A stretch of 64,000 bases of DNA from a virus (Duplodnaviria > Caudoviricetes), in IMG/VR virus record IMGVR_UViG_3300031088_000758. The stretch is one strand, 5' to 3'. The position numbers and the translations under genes are program-made. Positions 30,482 to 39,727 of the stretch are shown in pieces. Position 1 is the stretch's first letter. Each line of letters opens with the position of its first letter. Under the pieces are notes generated by a model that saw only the letters and a program-made list of their open reading frames with translations, made no database searches and was not told the DNA's origin.

Positions 30482-31321
30482 TTAGTGAGAGAAATATGGT
30501 GAATCAATTATGTCAGTTAGTCTAGGGTTTTCTACTAGTTCTTGAGCGTTTCTTTTGGTCATTTCCCAGTTATACAATAAATTTGGATTTTTTGTATTTC
30601 CAAGTCTGTCAAATTTTTTTAAATCATATGTTAATCTTACGAAAACCCTATCACCATCATATTCGGCAAATCCTGATTCATGTACAGTGTATGCATCCAT
30701 AAAATAAAAAGTATTTGGTTTAGCAATAAATGGCTTTCCGTCAACTTGTAAATCAAAGCCTTTGAAAACATTAAATTTTTCTGGATCTGCTACAACAAAT
30801 GGTTGATTCCAAAATTGAGTTCCCCCGTTAGTAGTGGCAACATAATTTCTTGTAATCTTTGTTTTAGGGTTAATTCTTGTTCCTTGAAAACCATCTACAT
30901 GTAAACCGCCATGTCTTTGCTGTTCTCCAGTTTTTACAGGTTTATTGTCTACCGTGATGTAAGTATAATAGTCTTTCCAATGAGGATTATGATAATGTTC
31001 AACAGAAATCAATTGTTCAAGAGTGTTTTGTAGAGATTTCCATTGTGTGGGAAGCTTATACTCTGATTCATCTGCTAAGCGAATAGGCATATCTAAACAT
31101 CTTTCATTATACGGAAAGTCTAATTTTCCTAGTGTTATTTCCACAGGTGAGTGAACTTCCTCAAAATATCTTTCGTAACTGAAAATTCTTTCATCTTCTA
31201 GTAATCTCTCATGATGAAAAGAAGATTTATTAATGTCTAACAGTATGTATTCATCATTGGCAAATGTTTCAATAATTTCAGCATCAGTGTTTCTCATAAA
31301 TATATTCCTCTCATTAAACAT
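30482..31321 (-). CDS. Putative 2OG-Fe(II) oxygenase-fold protein (phage type)
   Basis: YITVD...QRHGGLHVDG, distal VHES, then RVFVRL: HxD...H...R pattern. Confidence 0.6.
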   Translation of the reverse strand: MFNERNIFMRNTDAEIIETFANDEYILLDINKSSFHHERLLEDERIFSYERYFEEVHSPVEITLGKLDFPYNERCLDMPIRLADESEYKLPTQWKSLQNTLEQLISVEHYHNPHWKDYYTYITVDNKPVKTGEQQRHGGLHVDGFQGTRINPKTKITRNYVATTNGGTQFWNQPFVVADPEKFNVFKGFDLQVDGKPFIAKPNTFYFMDAYTVHESGFAEYDGDRVFVRLTYDLKKFDRLGNTKNPNLLYNWEMTKRNAQELVENPRLTDIIDSPYFSH

Positions 31322-31333
31322 TTGATAATGTTA

Positions 31334-31879
31334 TCAACAAGCGCTTGCTCCACCGCAAGGTCCACCATCATAATATGAATGTCTATAATTAGGTCTAGGT
31401 GTTGTTTTTATTTCTTGCTTCTCGATTTCTTGAGCAATTTCTTTTTGTTCTTTGAGGGAATCTTTTCGTTTTTTGTCAAGAATTAAAATGTCTTCATTCT
31501 GTTGTTTGATTTCTTCATAGATTTTATCTCTATCTTCTTTTGATTTGTCTAAGCTTAAAGATTTGTTAAGGTCTGTTAACTTGAATTTTCGATTTTGTAA
31601 GTTAGATGTAAGATGTTCAACTCGCCTATTAACAATAGCTAACTTTTTGCGGTTTGTTTCTAACGTTTCTTCATTACTAGATGTTTTAGAAGAGGATCGT
31701 TTAACAGTGGAAGTAGTTTTTGTGTCATTCATTTTTTCATAAGCTGCTTTTGCCTCATCTTTTGAATCATAATGTGCAACAACTGTTCCAGCGTCAGTTG
31801 AAAATTTACAGCTTTCGGCTGACGCTGCTGAGCATTTTCCGGCTCTTCCTGTCTCGGGATTAATATGAAATTTATTCAT
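31334..31879 (-). CDS. HCCH-module protein with coiled coil
   Basis: KFHINPETGRAGKCSAASAESC...HY, then coiled coil; C-terminus PCGGASAC. Confidence 0.7.
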   Translation of the reverse strand: MNKFHINPETGRAGKCSAASAESCKFSTDAGTVVAHYDSKDEAKAAYEKMNDTKTTSTVKRSSSKTSSNEETLETNRKKLAIVNRRVEHLTSNLQNRKFKLTDLNKSLSLDKSKEDRDKIYEEIKQQNEDILILDKKRKDSLKEQKEIAQEIEKQEIKTTPRPNYRHSYYDGGPCGGASAC

Positions 31880-32541
31880 TATGTACTCCTGTTTTTGTTG
31901 ATGTTAAAGAACTTTTCTAATTCATATCCAAAAAGAGTCCCATTGAAAAATTCTTTATTAAATTCATAATCAAACAGAGGGTAATCATCTAATGCTTTTT
32001 CGGTAATACTTTCCATACCTTTGTTGTATTTATATCCACCATGATTATCTGTTTCGTCATATACGTTCACTCTGATTGTCATTCCCTGATTTTGAAAAAT
32101 AAAATCTGCTTCGTTAGGAAATCTTAAATCAATTAATACACCAAAATCTAAATCTTTAAGTTGGTCTTCAAGTTTATTCAAAAAATAATTAGCGTTCTGT
32201 TCTCTTCGTATTTCTGTTCCTAAAACGCTTAATGCTGCTCTAAAAAACTCATTTCTTCTAGAATATCCATATACTGGATTCTTCTCACCAATGGCTTCGG
32301 GGTTCAACAATTCAATAAGTTTAAACCCTCTATTGCCAAGATTGTTCTCTTCTATGATTTTTTCATTGGGTACTTTGTCTACAACTTGGTCAGCTATATA
32401 GTTCAGCTCTTCGTATAAAGGCTTTGCTAGTGAGACCAAATCTGCTGAGTAGCCTCTTAACCTCAGCTCTCTGATGATTCTAAAACCATAGAACAGTTTG
32501 TTGCTGCCTGGTTTCCCTGAAATTCCGATTAGTCTACTCAT
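31879..32541 (-). CDS. dNMP kinase-like protein with degenerate P-loop
   Basis: IGISGKPGSNK, LGTEIRR, DLRFPNE. Confidence 0.7.
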   Translation of the reverse strand: MSRLIGISGKPGSNKLFYGFRIIRELRLRGYSADLVSLAKPLYEELNYIADQVVDKVPNEKIIEENNLGNRGFKLIELLNPEAIGEKNPVYGYSRRNEFFRAALSVLGTEIRREQNANYFLNKLEDQLKDLDFGVLIDLRFPNEADFIFQNQGMTIRVNVYDETDNHGGYKYNKGMESITEKALDDYPLFDYEFNKEFFNGTLFGYELEKFFNINKNRST

Positions 32542-32557
32542 ATGTTCCTCATTACAA

Positions 32558-33373
32558 TCATTTTTTGTTATTGCGAATATATTTCAAGTATATTCCATCA
32601 GTGATAAAGCCTGGTTTTTTTAGTAATTCTTCGGCTTTTTGAAGTACAATTTTCGGCTGTTTTTTTACTAAAGCCGGAAGTTCTTTTCTCGTGTCAACGT
32701 TTTTAAACAGAAGAGAAAATTCTTTAGCAAAATCTTTAACCCTATCATCTAGACTGGATACAGTTACATCACTGTTTTTTCCTTTTCCTTTTAAAGTTTT
32801 TTCATAATCGAAGTCTAACTCGTAGCCTGCTTCTACTAATATTTTCTGTGTTAAATAAAGATCCCACATTGCTATTTTGCGAGTTTTCTTCCCAGCACTA
32901 TCAGCATTCATTTCTACAATTGTTGACAAACCTTTATCCATGGCTTCTTGGTTTCCCATTTTTTCTTCATCACGTAATTCCAGTTTATCAAGCCATTTAC
33001 CAATCTGATTAGCGGAAACATTGAAGTATGTTGCAATGACACCTAAACCAACGAATTTAGGTTCTCCATTAGTAGTATCTTTTATTTCTTGGTTAACAGA
33101 TTGTCTTTCAACTTTCATTCCAGACTCATGAAGTTTCTGTTCAACTATATCTATTTTCCAAAGAGCTTTTCTTTCACAACTATCAATGAGGCCATCTTCA
33201 ATGGCTTTTTTAGTTGGTTTATAATCTTCACTGAGATATCCAGCTTTGTTAAAAACGAATAGTAGCGCATTCGAGTCTAAGTTTTTAAAGTTTTTAAAAA
33301 GATTGGAGGTTGAAGAGTGACTTGGTCTTTTTCCTGTTAAATACTTTTTAATGGGAGGTTCTAACTTTTCCAT
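32558..33373 (-). CDS. Hypothetical protein, possible HTH DNA binder
   Basis: LGVIATYFNVSANQIGKWL resembles an HTH. Confidence 0.55.
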   Translation of the reverse strand: MEKLEPPIKKYLTGKRPSHSSTSNLFKNFKNLDSNALLFVFNKAGYLSEDYKPTKKAIEDGLIDSCERKALWKIDIVEQKLHESGMKVERQSVNQEIKDTTNGEPKFVGLGVIATYFNVSANQIGKWLDKLELRDEEKMGNQEAMDKGLSTIVEMNADSAGKKTRKIAMWDLYLTQKILVEAGYELDFDYEKTLKGKGKNSDVTVSSLDDRVKDFAKEFSLLFKNVDTRKELPALVKKQPKIVLQKAEELLKKPGFITDGIYLKYIRNNKK

Positions 33374-33375
33374 AA

Positions 33376-33443
33376 AAATTTAATCCAATCCTTTGTAGGT
33401 TTCTGATAATATTAATATCTTTACAAAGGATTGGATTAAATTT
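33376..33443. promoter_or_regulatory. Perfect inverted repeat, 22-bp arms, covering the RBS region of the 33373 gene
   Basis: aaatttaatccaatcctttgta / tacaaaggattggattaaattt; 24-nt loop. Confidence 0.55.
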
Positions 33444-33458
33444 CGGATAATCTGAAAA

Positions 33459-34223
33459 TTAGTAGATTTTGGCAACAATTTCTTCGGCAACTTCTGAGGG
33501 ATTTAAATGATCTGTCATCACTCGAACATCAAAATTTTCGTAATCATCCAGTGAAGTTTCTGAGGGGTGATTTTTTGCTTCTTCAGAAACAGAAATCCCG
33601 TCTCTATTCTTTATCCGACGAGACTGTTCTTCGTAGCTGACATCTAACCTAATTGTCTTGCCCAAAGCGTTGCTTGCTGCTATTAGTTCATTTGGGAATC
33701 TAGCATCAGTAATATATACGGACTTGCCTAATGCTAATTCATGGTATACGCTTTTCATTGCACGTTTTACCCAATAATCAGGATCTTGCTCACGCCTGAC
33801 TTCTGTTCCCCAATATTGTAATGCTCTACGGATGCCTGATGTTCTACTATAAGCTGTAAGAGAGTGGTCTTTGGACACTTCTTCATGTATAAATGCTACA
33901 GTTTTCAAGGATTTAGCATAAGGCACTTTCATTTCCTTGGATACAACAAAAACTGCTTTTTCAATATTAAGATGGCTTCTTACAATTTTGATGACTTGAT
34001 CTATCTCGCTTTTTAAAGGTCTAGCAAAGAACTCCTGTATGCTATCATCAGGATTTATACCTAAAGAACTTATTACTAAAGGAGCAACAGTGTCTTTGCC
34101 TGACCCAATTTTTCCTGATACAGCAATGAATCTGTTGTTTTTCTGTTGAAGATTCTCTACTGCAGATTCAACAATATTCAGGTCAAGGTCCATCTCTTGT
34201 GAAAATAGTTTTTTGTCAAACAT
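33459..34223 (-). CDS. Deoxynucleoside monophosphate kinase (T4 gp1-like)
   Basis: SGKIGSGKDT, FARPLK, RRALQYWGTEVRR, ITDARFPNE, HPSE; probable start ATG 34223 with GGAG RBS. Confidence 0.8.
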   Translation of the reverse strand: MFDKKLFSQEMDLDLNIVESAVENLQQKNNRFIAVSGKIGSGKDTVAPLVISSLGINPDDSIQEFFARPLKSEIDQVIKIVRSHLNIEKAVFVVSKEMKVPYAKSLKTVAFIHEEVSKDHSLTAYSRTSGIRRALQYWGTEVRREQDPDYWVKRAMKSVYHELALGKSVYITDARFPNELIAASNALGKTIRLDVSYEEQSRRIKNRDGISVSEEAKNHPSETSLDDYENFDVRVMTDHLNPSEVAEEIVAKIY

Positions 34224-34293
34224 CAGCACTCCTATATAGCTTATAAACGTTTTTTCATTATAACAAATAAAGTGTGAGAAATCAAGAATCATA

Positions 34294-34322
34294 TTGACTT
34301 AGGATCTGTTTTATGGTAGAGT
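34294..34322 (+). promoter_or_regulatory. Sigma70/SigA-type promoter
   Basis: TTGACT-N17-TAGAGT with TG extension, upstream of 34370. Confidence 0.5.
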
Positions 34323-34369
34323 TTAAAGACTACCCTTATATGAGAGCATTATGAAGAAAGAGGATCCGT

Positions 34370-34897
34370 ATGGTTTATTTATTTTTAGCTTTTCTATTAG
34401 GAGCTTGTATTTATCTAATAGTTGAAGTTAATGAGTCAATACGAAAAAGAAGAAATGACTTCTGGCAGGAAAAAATTAAAACTCGAGATTTAGGCATTGT
34501 GAAGTGGCATCTTTTCTTGTCTCAGCCGCTTCTTAATAAAAAATTGAATAAATTGATTGAAGAAGCAGCTTCGTCAGATAGTCTTGATGGAAATTATCGA
34601 AATTTTTTCACGAATGAAAAACATTCTGAATTGTATAAGAACAAGTATAAGCATTATCGTTATATTGTGATTCTTAAAAAAGCTGAATCGGATGCTTTCG
34701 AAAATGTAGTGAGTAAAGATTTTAGTTCTGATGTGAATGAGAAAAAGATTTACCAAAAAGCTTATGTAGAAGCTAAATCTAAAATTGAGCAACAGAGCTC
34801 TAGCCCGTGGCAGGATGAAGGTATGAGTGAACCTTCTGAAATCATTGAAGATAAGGTTTTTCAAACACTCTTTGCCAAGAAAGATAAAAAACAATAA
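34370..34897 (+). CDS. Hypothetical membrane-anchored protein
   Basis: N-terminal TM; GAGGA RBS; EKKIYQKAYV similar to the next gene. Confidence 0.6.
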   Translation: MVYLFLAFLLGACIYLIVEVNESIRKRRNDFWQEKIKTRDLGIVKWHLFLSQPLLNKKLNKLIEEAASSDSLDGNYRNFFTNEKHSELYKNKYKHYRYIVILKKAESDAFENVVSKDFSSDVNEKKIYQKAYVEAKSKIEQQSSSPWQDEGMSEPSEIIEDKVFQTLFAKKDKKQ

Positions 34898-34911
34898 CAA
34901 ATATTTAGTCA

Positions 34912-35583
34912 TTGTATAAAATGTACAATAAGATTGAGGTGATAGTTGTGGTAATTAGCACAATAGTTGGAATTGGGATAATTAGTTTTTTTGGGATATG
35001 CGTTTTAGCCTTTGTTTCTATGATAGGACATATGATTTACGTATCGACTACTGATAACTACCTTACAGATGAATGGTATAGCGAATTTGTGAATGATCCG
35101 AAAAATGTTCATTATAAAAAATTTGAAAAAATATCTTGGGTACACGTATTATGTGTCCCTTTTATTCTTGTTAAAGTGGCATTGGACAGAAGAGTAGCAG
35201 TTGTTCAAAAAGCAGAATCTGATTCTCGTAGAAAATACAACAATAATCTAAGTAACAAATATTATAAAAAACTGTATGATAAGACTTTCCAGTCTAGTAG
35301 AGTAGCGCACATCAAGCTTATGGCTCAAGATGATTTCCAACATAGAAACAATAAATATCACATTAATGCTGTTTATGATGACGCTGTGGAACGAAAAATA
35401 TATCAAGATGAGTACGTAAAAATGATTTCTTCGGATGAGGATTTTGCTCTTCAGCTTAAGGAAAATTATAAGAACCTGTACAGCGGCAAAGAAAAGTCAA
35501 AAATTAGTAATGAGCAATTCGAGGAAGTCTTTAAAGTTCAAAATAAAAAATCAAATTATCATGATGAAGATATGTGGCTCTAA
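34912..35583 (+). CDS. Hypothetical membrane protein, possible paralog of 34370
   Basis: TM segments; ERKIYQDEYV; start position uncertain. Confidence 0.55.
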   Translation: MYKMYNKIEVIVVVISTIVGIGIISFFGICVLAFVSMIGHMIYVSTTDNYLTDEWYSEFVNDPKNVHYKKFEKISWVHVLCVPFILVKVALDRRVAVVQKAESDSRRKYNNNLSNKYYKKLYDKTFQSSRVAHIKLMAQDDFQHRNNKYHINAVYDDAVERKIYQDEYVKMISSDEDFALQLKENYKNLYSGKEKSKISNEQFEEVFKVQNKKSNYHDEDMWL

Positions 35584-35663
35584 GCCTTTTTAAAAGAAAA
35601 ATACATACTTCAAGAGAAGTTGATGGTGATATACGGTTTTTGAAAAAATCTTTTATTTTTGTA

Positions 35664-35716
35664 AATTTTACCCCCAAATAAGCAGCGTCTTTTCTGTGTT
35701 ATTTGGGGGTAAAATT
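35664..35716. terminator. Perfect inverted repeat, 18-bp arms, between convergent genes
   Basis: aattttacccccaaataa / ttatttgggggtaaaatt. Confidence 0.65.
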
Positions 35717-35760
35717 GTAAGGGATTTTAGTGAAATATTATACATTCTATTTAAAGCGTT

Positions 35761-35967
35761 TCAAGACGTTGTTTCGTCAAGATCTTCTAATCCCATTTCT
35801 TCAGCAATAAACTCATGTTCCATAGCTAGTTCAATGTATTCGTGAATATCCATATCATAATACTCTGCTTCTTCCGAATATTGATTATATTGAGCTTGAG
35901 TAATTTCGATCAAATGGATTTCGTCTTCTCCATCATTGACATAAGATAAACTGTAATTGTCATTCAT
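35761..35967 (-). CDS. Small, very acidic protein
   Basis: 68 aa, rich in D/E/Y with no K or R; AAGGA RBS. Confidence 0.6.
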   Translation of the reverse strand: MNDNYSLSYVNDGEDEIHLIEITQAQYNQYSEEAEYYDMDIHEYIELAMEHEFIAEEMGLEDLDETTS

Positions 35968-36051
35968 TTTTGTATCCTTGATTTCCTGGCAAAATAAATT
36001 TTTAGTGTATTAATCAATATTTTACTTCTATTGTATTATGTTAACAATATC

Positions 36052-37539
36052 TTAGTTATCTTTTGAAAACAGCTTTGCCCAGAAACTTTTCTTTTTTACA
36101 GGCTCAATTGAAGTTTCTTCTTGAATATGTAAAAAACTAGTCCAGTTGTCTGATAGCATAGGTTTTCCTATCTCGAATTTTTCGCCATTTATTCTAAACG
36201 TTATTCTTTCGCCGTAATCTCTATTTCCTATATGTTCTTCTACTTTGATTAACCCTGAAGGTGTCTTGAATTCTGGTTCGTCAACAGCTATGTACCCATC
36301 ATTAACATTTTTCTTTTTCAAGTTTTCGATATGATTGACAAAATTAAGTAATCCATTTTTAGCCATTTCACCTGGCTTGTCAGTTGTTTTGAATATATCT
36401 ACTACTGCTCTTAATCCTTCCTGGCTGTTTTGAGGTTTTTTGCGAAGGATTTCTTTTTGTATTTCAACAGGAAGATCTTGCAATCCTTTATCCCATCTTT
36501 GTTGCAACTCAATGCTGTCTTCATATTTAGCCATAGGCTTTGTGTTTTTAAACTGGTCTAATTTAGTGACATCATTAACATCATGAGACTGAGTACTGAT
36601 CTTGTTTGAATTGATGTTAGTGTGTGGCTTTGGTTTTGTTTTGTTTAAAGGAACACTACTGTAATTAATTTGTGTTTTGTTTTTACTTGGGGAGGACTTA
36701 ACTTTTAGCTTAGTGTTAATAATATTGTGGTATTTATCAATTTTTTCTGCGTTCATCAGGCTGTCAACAGTTAGTCGAATATAACCTTTGTATTCACTAG
36801 GTCTCTTACTCTCTAAAAATTTTCGTATATCTCGGGCATTGTTATTAGTCAATTTTCCAGAGCCATTGTATTTTTTGGAATAAGTATTGATGAATTTTTC
36901 GATGCTTTTGACTTCACTATCCATTGTAGTGTTTTTATAAGTACTATGCTGTTTCATATGCGCAGTACTATATCCTGCTTGCCTTAATTTTCGAATATAA
37001 TCTTTTTTGTAATATGTTTCATTGTACTTTAAAGTTACTGCATATAAATCATTGTCAGTAGTTAGTAAATTTGACAATGCTGCTTTTCTTACATCAGTAT
37101 ATTTGTTAAGGTAGGCTAATTCAACTAATCTTCTGTTCTTTGTGTTTTGTATGAGATGACCGTTGAAATGAGCACTAAGAGAAGCTATTTTCATTAAAGT
37201 TTTTTCAGAAGTATTATGGTTTTCTGCAATAGCTTTTAAGAATTTTTCTTTTTCTTTTGCTGTACTATGTTCTGACATGACTTCATCAAACTTTTTGTCT
37301 AAGCTCTGTTCTGTCTTGTATTCTTTAATTTTCTTTAAAAGTTTTTTACTATCTTCCTGAAAAGCGCTTTTAGTGATTGTGCCTGTGGCAGAGTGTTCTT
37401 CTGTCAAACGCTCTTCAACAGACTTTTTAGCAGCATCCTTATCTTTAAAGTGCTGGTTACTCCCATAAGGGCATTTACCGTTGTTAGCATAGCACTGTCT
37501 CACCTGACCAGTTGGTGTGGTATGGTAAATTTTCTGCAT
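36052..37539 (-). CDS. HCCH-module protein, basic, unknown function
   Basis: KIYHTTPTGQVRQCYANNGKCPY...HF; C-terminal KKKSFWAKLF amphipathic tail. Confidence 0.7.
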   Translation of the reverse strand: MQKIYHTTPTGQVRQCYANNGKCPYGSNQHFKDKDAAKKSVEERLTEEHSATGTITKSAFQEDSKKLLKKIKEYKTEQSLDKKFDEVMSEHSTAKEKEKFLKAIAENHNTSEKTLMKIASLSAHFNGHLIQNTKNRRLVELAYLNKYTDVRKAALSNLLTTDNDLYAVTLKYNETYYKKDYIRKLRQAGYSTAHMKQHSTYKNTTMDSEVKSIEKFINTYSKKYNGSGKLTNNNARDIRKFLESKRPSEYKGYIRLTVDSLMNAEKIDKYHNIINTKLKVKSSPSKNKTQINYSSVPLNKTKPKPHTNINSNKISTQSHDVNDVTKLDQFKNTKPMAKYEDSIELQQRWDKGLQDLPVEIQKEILRKKPQNSQEGLRAVVDIFKTTDKPGEMAKNGLLNFVNHIENLKKKNVNDGYIAVDEPEFKTPSGLIKVEEHIGNRDYGERITFRINGEKFEIGKPMLSDNWTSFLHIQEETSIEPVKKKSFWAKLFSKDN

Positions 37540-37576
37540 AGTATTTTAACCTTCTACTCAAAGTATGTTCTTATTG

Positions 37577-39070
37577 TCAGTCTTCAATAGCCTTTTTGTC
37601 ATTATCAGTTGTTAATTCTCCTGATAATCGTTGATTTCGTTCACGAGCATACTCATTTGCTCGATTAACTTGCGCTCCTAAAGCATTGATTGTCGTTAAG
37701 AAATTTTGATTTGCTTCATCTCTGAAATTGTCCATATCATCCATGGTTTTGAACATAGTGTCAAAGCTTTCTTGTAGAACTTTTGTGTCAACGCTTTCTG
37801 TTGTAGCTTGTCTTTGAATTTGTAATGCATTTTGTTGAAGGTTTTTAGCATTATCCGTAATAAGATTGTTTGTTGTATTGCGCATAAAGTCAACACCTTC
37901 AAGAATTTTCTTTTGGTGTCCTAAAGATTCAGCAATACGTGCTGAAGTAGCAAGTGCTGTAGCAGTTGTTGTTTTTGTTCTTTCAACATTCTGTGCTAAC
38001 TTATTGTTGTTTTCTTCGATCATACCCATAGCCATGTAACTTTGAACAGTCACAGCAGTTTGAGTCATAACATCTTGATGTCTTTGTCTAATGTTGAACA
38101 ATACGTTTTGTTCAAGAGTTTTCGCTAGTTCACTGTTGCCATTAGATTTTTCTTCATTAATCTTTTCGACTACTTTGTTATCCATAGAACGCAATAATTT
38201 ATCAGCTCTTTGTAATTCTCCTAGATCATTCCATAATTGCTGACGTTCTACTGCCAGTTCCGCATTTTCTTGGCTTAATGTTGCTTGTCCTTTTTCAAGA
38301 CTTTTCATTATGACATCCATTTGCTTTGCGTTACTTTCAAAACGATTAAAGTATTTCTTAACAGCATTTCTGCCAGGTAAAAACGCTAATGCTTTTGCCT
38401 TGAATGTATCTTCTTCAGGAGCCATATCTTCAATAACGTTTCTCAAGCTAGCAAGATCTTTTCCAACTTTTTCAGAAGCGGAGTTTTTTCTTGATGAACT
38501 ATTATTTAAGAAGTTTGTTGAAAGAGATGCAGTAGAGCTGAAAGCCTTGTTAGCGATTTTTGAAATCGCTTGTGTATGTTTAATAAACTTTTGGGAATTA
38601 GGGTTGATTGAAGACATTGTTTTTATCCATTCTGAAGCTTTGTTGTCTAAAGCAACAGCTTTTGAATTTGGCATATCATCAATAAGTGTCAAAGCTTTAT
38701 CTTCATCAATTGTTTCCACAGGAGCTGCTGCTTGATATTCAGAAGGTTTTGTAGGAGCTGATAGTTTTGGGCTAGAATTTTGTTCGTCTTCTTTTTTTTC
38801 ATCATCAATAAATAACTGCGAATCGGCTTCTACAGTGTAGCTATTTTGATTTTGGGTGCCAGTTTTCGCGGAAAAATCATCAATGGGTTCAGGCTTCTTT
38901 AATGTAGAAACAGTTTTATTTTCATTGAATTTTTCATAAGCATCAAGAGCATCATCAATACTATCAAAGTGTTCAGGCAACATATTATTAACAGCATAGG
39001 CACATCCTTTAACTGTAGCTGTACACTCTCCAGGTCGTCCTGTTTCTGGGTTAATGTGGTATTTTGCCAT
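37577..39070 (-). CDS. TelA-like (toxic anion resistance) protein with N-terminal HCCH module
   Basis: VGKDLASLR, KKYFNRFES, LFNIRQRHQD, NNNKLAQNV..TTATAL resemble TelA; N-terminus KYHINPETGRPGECTATVKGC...HF. Confidence 0.8.
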   Translation of the reverse strand: MAKYHINPETGRPGECTATVKGCAYAVNNMLPEHFDSIDDALDAYEKFNENKTVSTLKKPEPIDDFSAKTGTQNQNSYTVEADSQLFIDDEKKEDEQNSSPKLSAPTKPSEYQAAAPVETIDEDKALTLIDDMPNSKAVALDNKASEWIKTMSSINPNSQKFIKHTQAISKIANKAFSSTASLSTNFLNNSSSRKNSASEKVGKDLASLRNVIEDMAPEEDTFKAKALAFLPGRNAVKKYFNRFESNAKQMDVIMKSLEKGQATLSQENAELAVERQQLWNDLGELQRADKLLRSMDNKVVEKINEEKSNGNSELAKTLEQNVLFNIRQRHQDVMTQTAVTVQSYMAMGMIEENNNKLAQNVERTKTTTATALATSARIAESLGHQKKILEGVDFMRNTTNNLITDNAKNLQQNALQIQRQATTESVDTKVLQESFDTMFKTMDDMDNFRDEANQNFLTTINALGAQVNRANEYARERNQRLSGELTTDNDKKAIED

Positions 39071-39181
39071 TTCTTCTCCTTAATTAATATATTAATATTT
39101 TCTAAACAACAGCATAAAGAACGTATATTGATTAGATATTTCATATGTCAATCATATTTTATGATGTAAGGATTAGATCAT

Positions 39182-39688
39182 ATGGATTTTGCTTTTTTCT
39201 CATTGTTTTTAATAACTGGTCTAGCGTGTTTATTGTTTTTTAGACACAAGGTTAATCAGCGCTCTAAAAATAAAATTGAGAACGAATTACAACAAGAAGT
39301 AGACATATTAGAACAACATGCTATACAGGTTACACCGGAAGAGTTTTTCAAACTGGTCAATAGTTTCAAAAACAACAAGAAAAGTTCTATATACTCAGAA
39401 GGGTTGAATTTTGACGGAATATATATTCTTCATAATCTGACAAAAGATAAACATTATGTTGGTCAGTCTGTAAATGTCATAAAACGAGTTACTATGCACT
39501 TCGGTGGTAAGAACAGTGGAAACAAAGACGTTTATAGAGATTATGTAAAAGGCGATCAATGGACCATTAAATTAATAAGTATGAAACAAACTAATTATTT
39601 TAATCTAAATGATCTAGAAAAATATGCTATTAAACTTTACAGAGGATATGACAAAGGATACAATAAAACGAGAGGTAACAAATCTTGA
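39182..39688 (+). CDS. GIY-YIG nuclease with N-terminal TM helix
   Basis: GIYILHN...HYVGQS..VIKRVTMH...LE...GYN. Confidence 0.8.
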   Translation: MDFAFFSLFLITGLACLLFFRHKVNQRSKNKIENELQQEVDILEQHAIQVTPEEFFKLVNSFKNNKKSSIYSEGLNFDGIYILHNLTKDKHYVGQSVNVIKRVTMHFGGKNSGNKDVYRDYVKGDQWTIKLISMKQTNYFNLNDLEKYAIKLYRGYDKGYNKTRGNKS

Positions 39689-39727
39689 ACTACGAATTGT
39701 TCAAGATTTGTTACCTCTCGTTTTATT
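39662..39727. terminator. Perfect inverted repeat, 29-bp arms, between convergent genes
   Basis: aataaaacgagaggtaacaaatcttgaac / gttcaagatttgttacctctcgttttatt. Confidence 0.65.
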
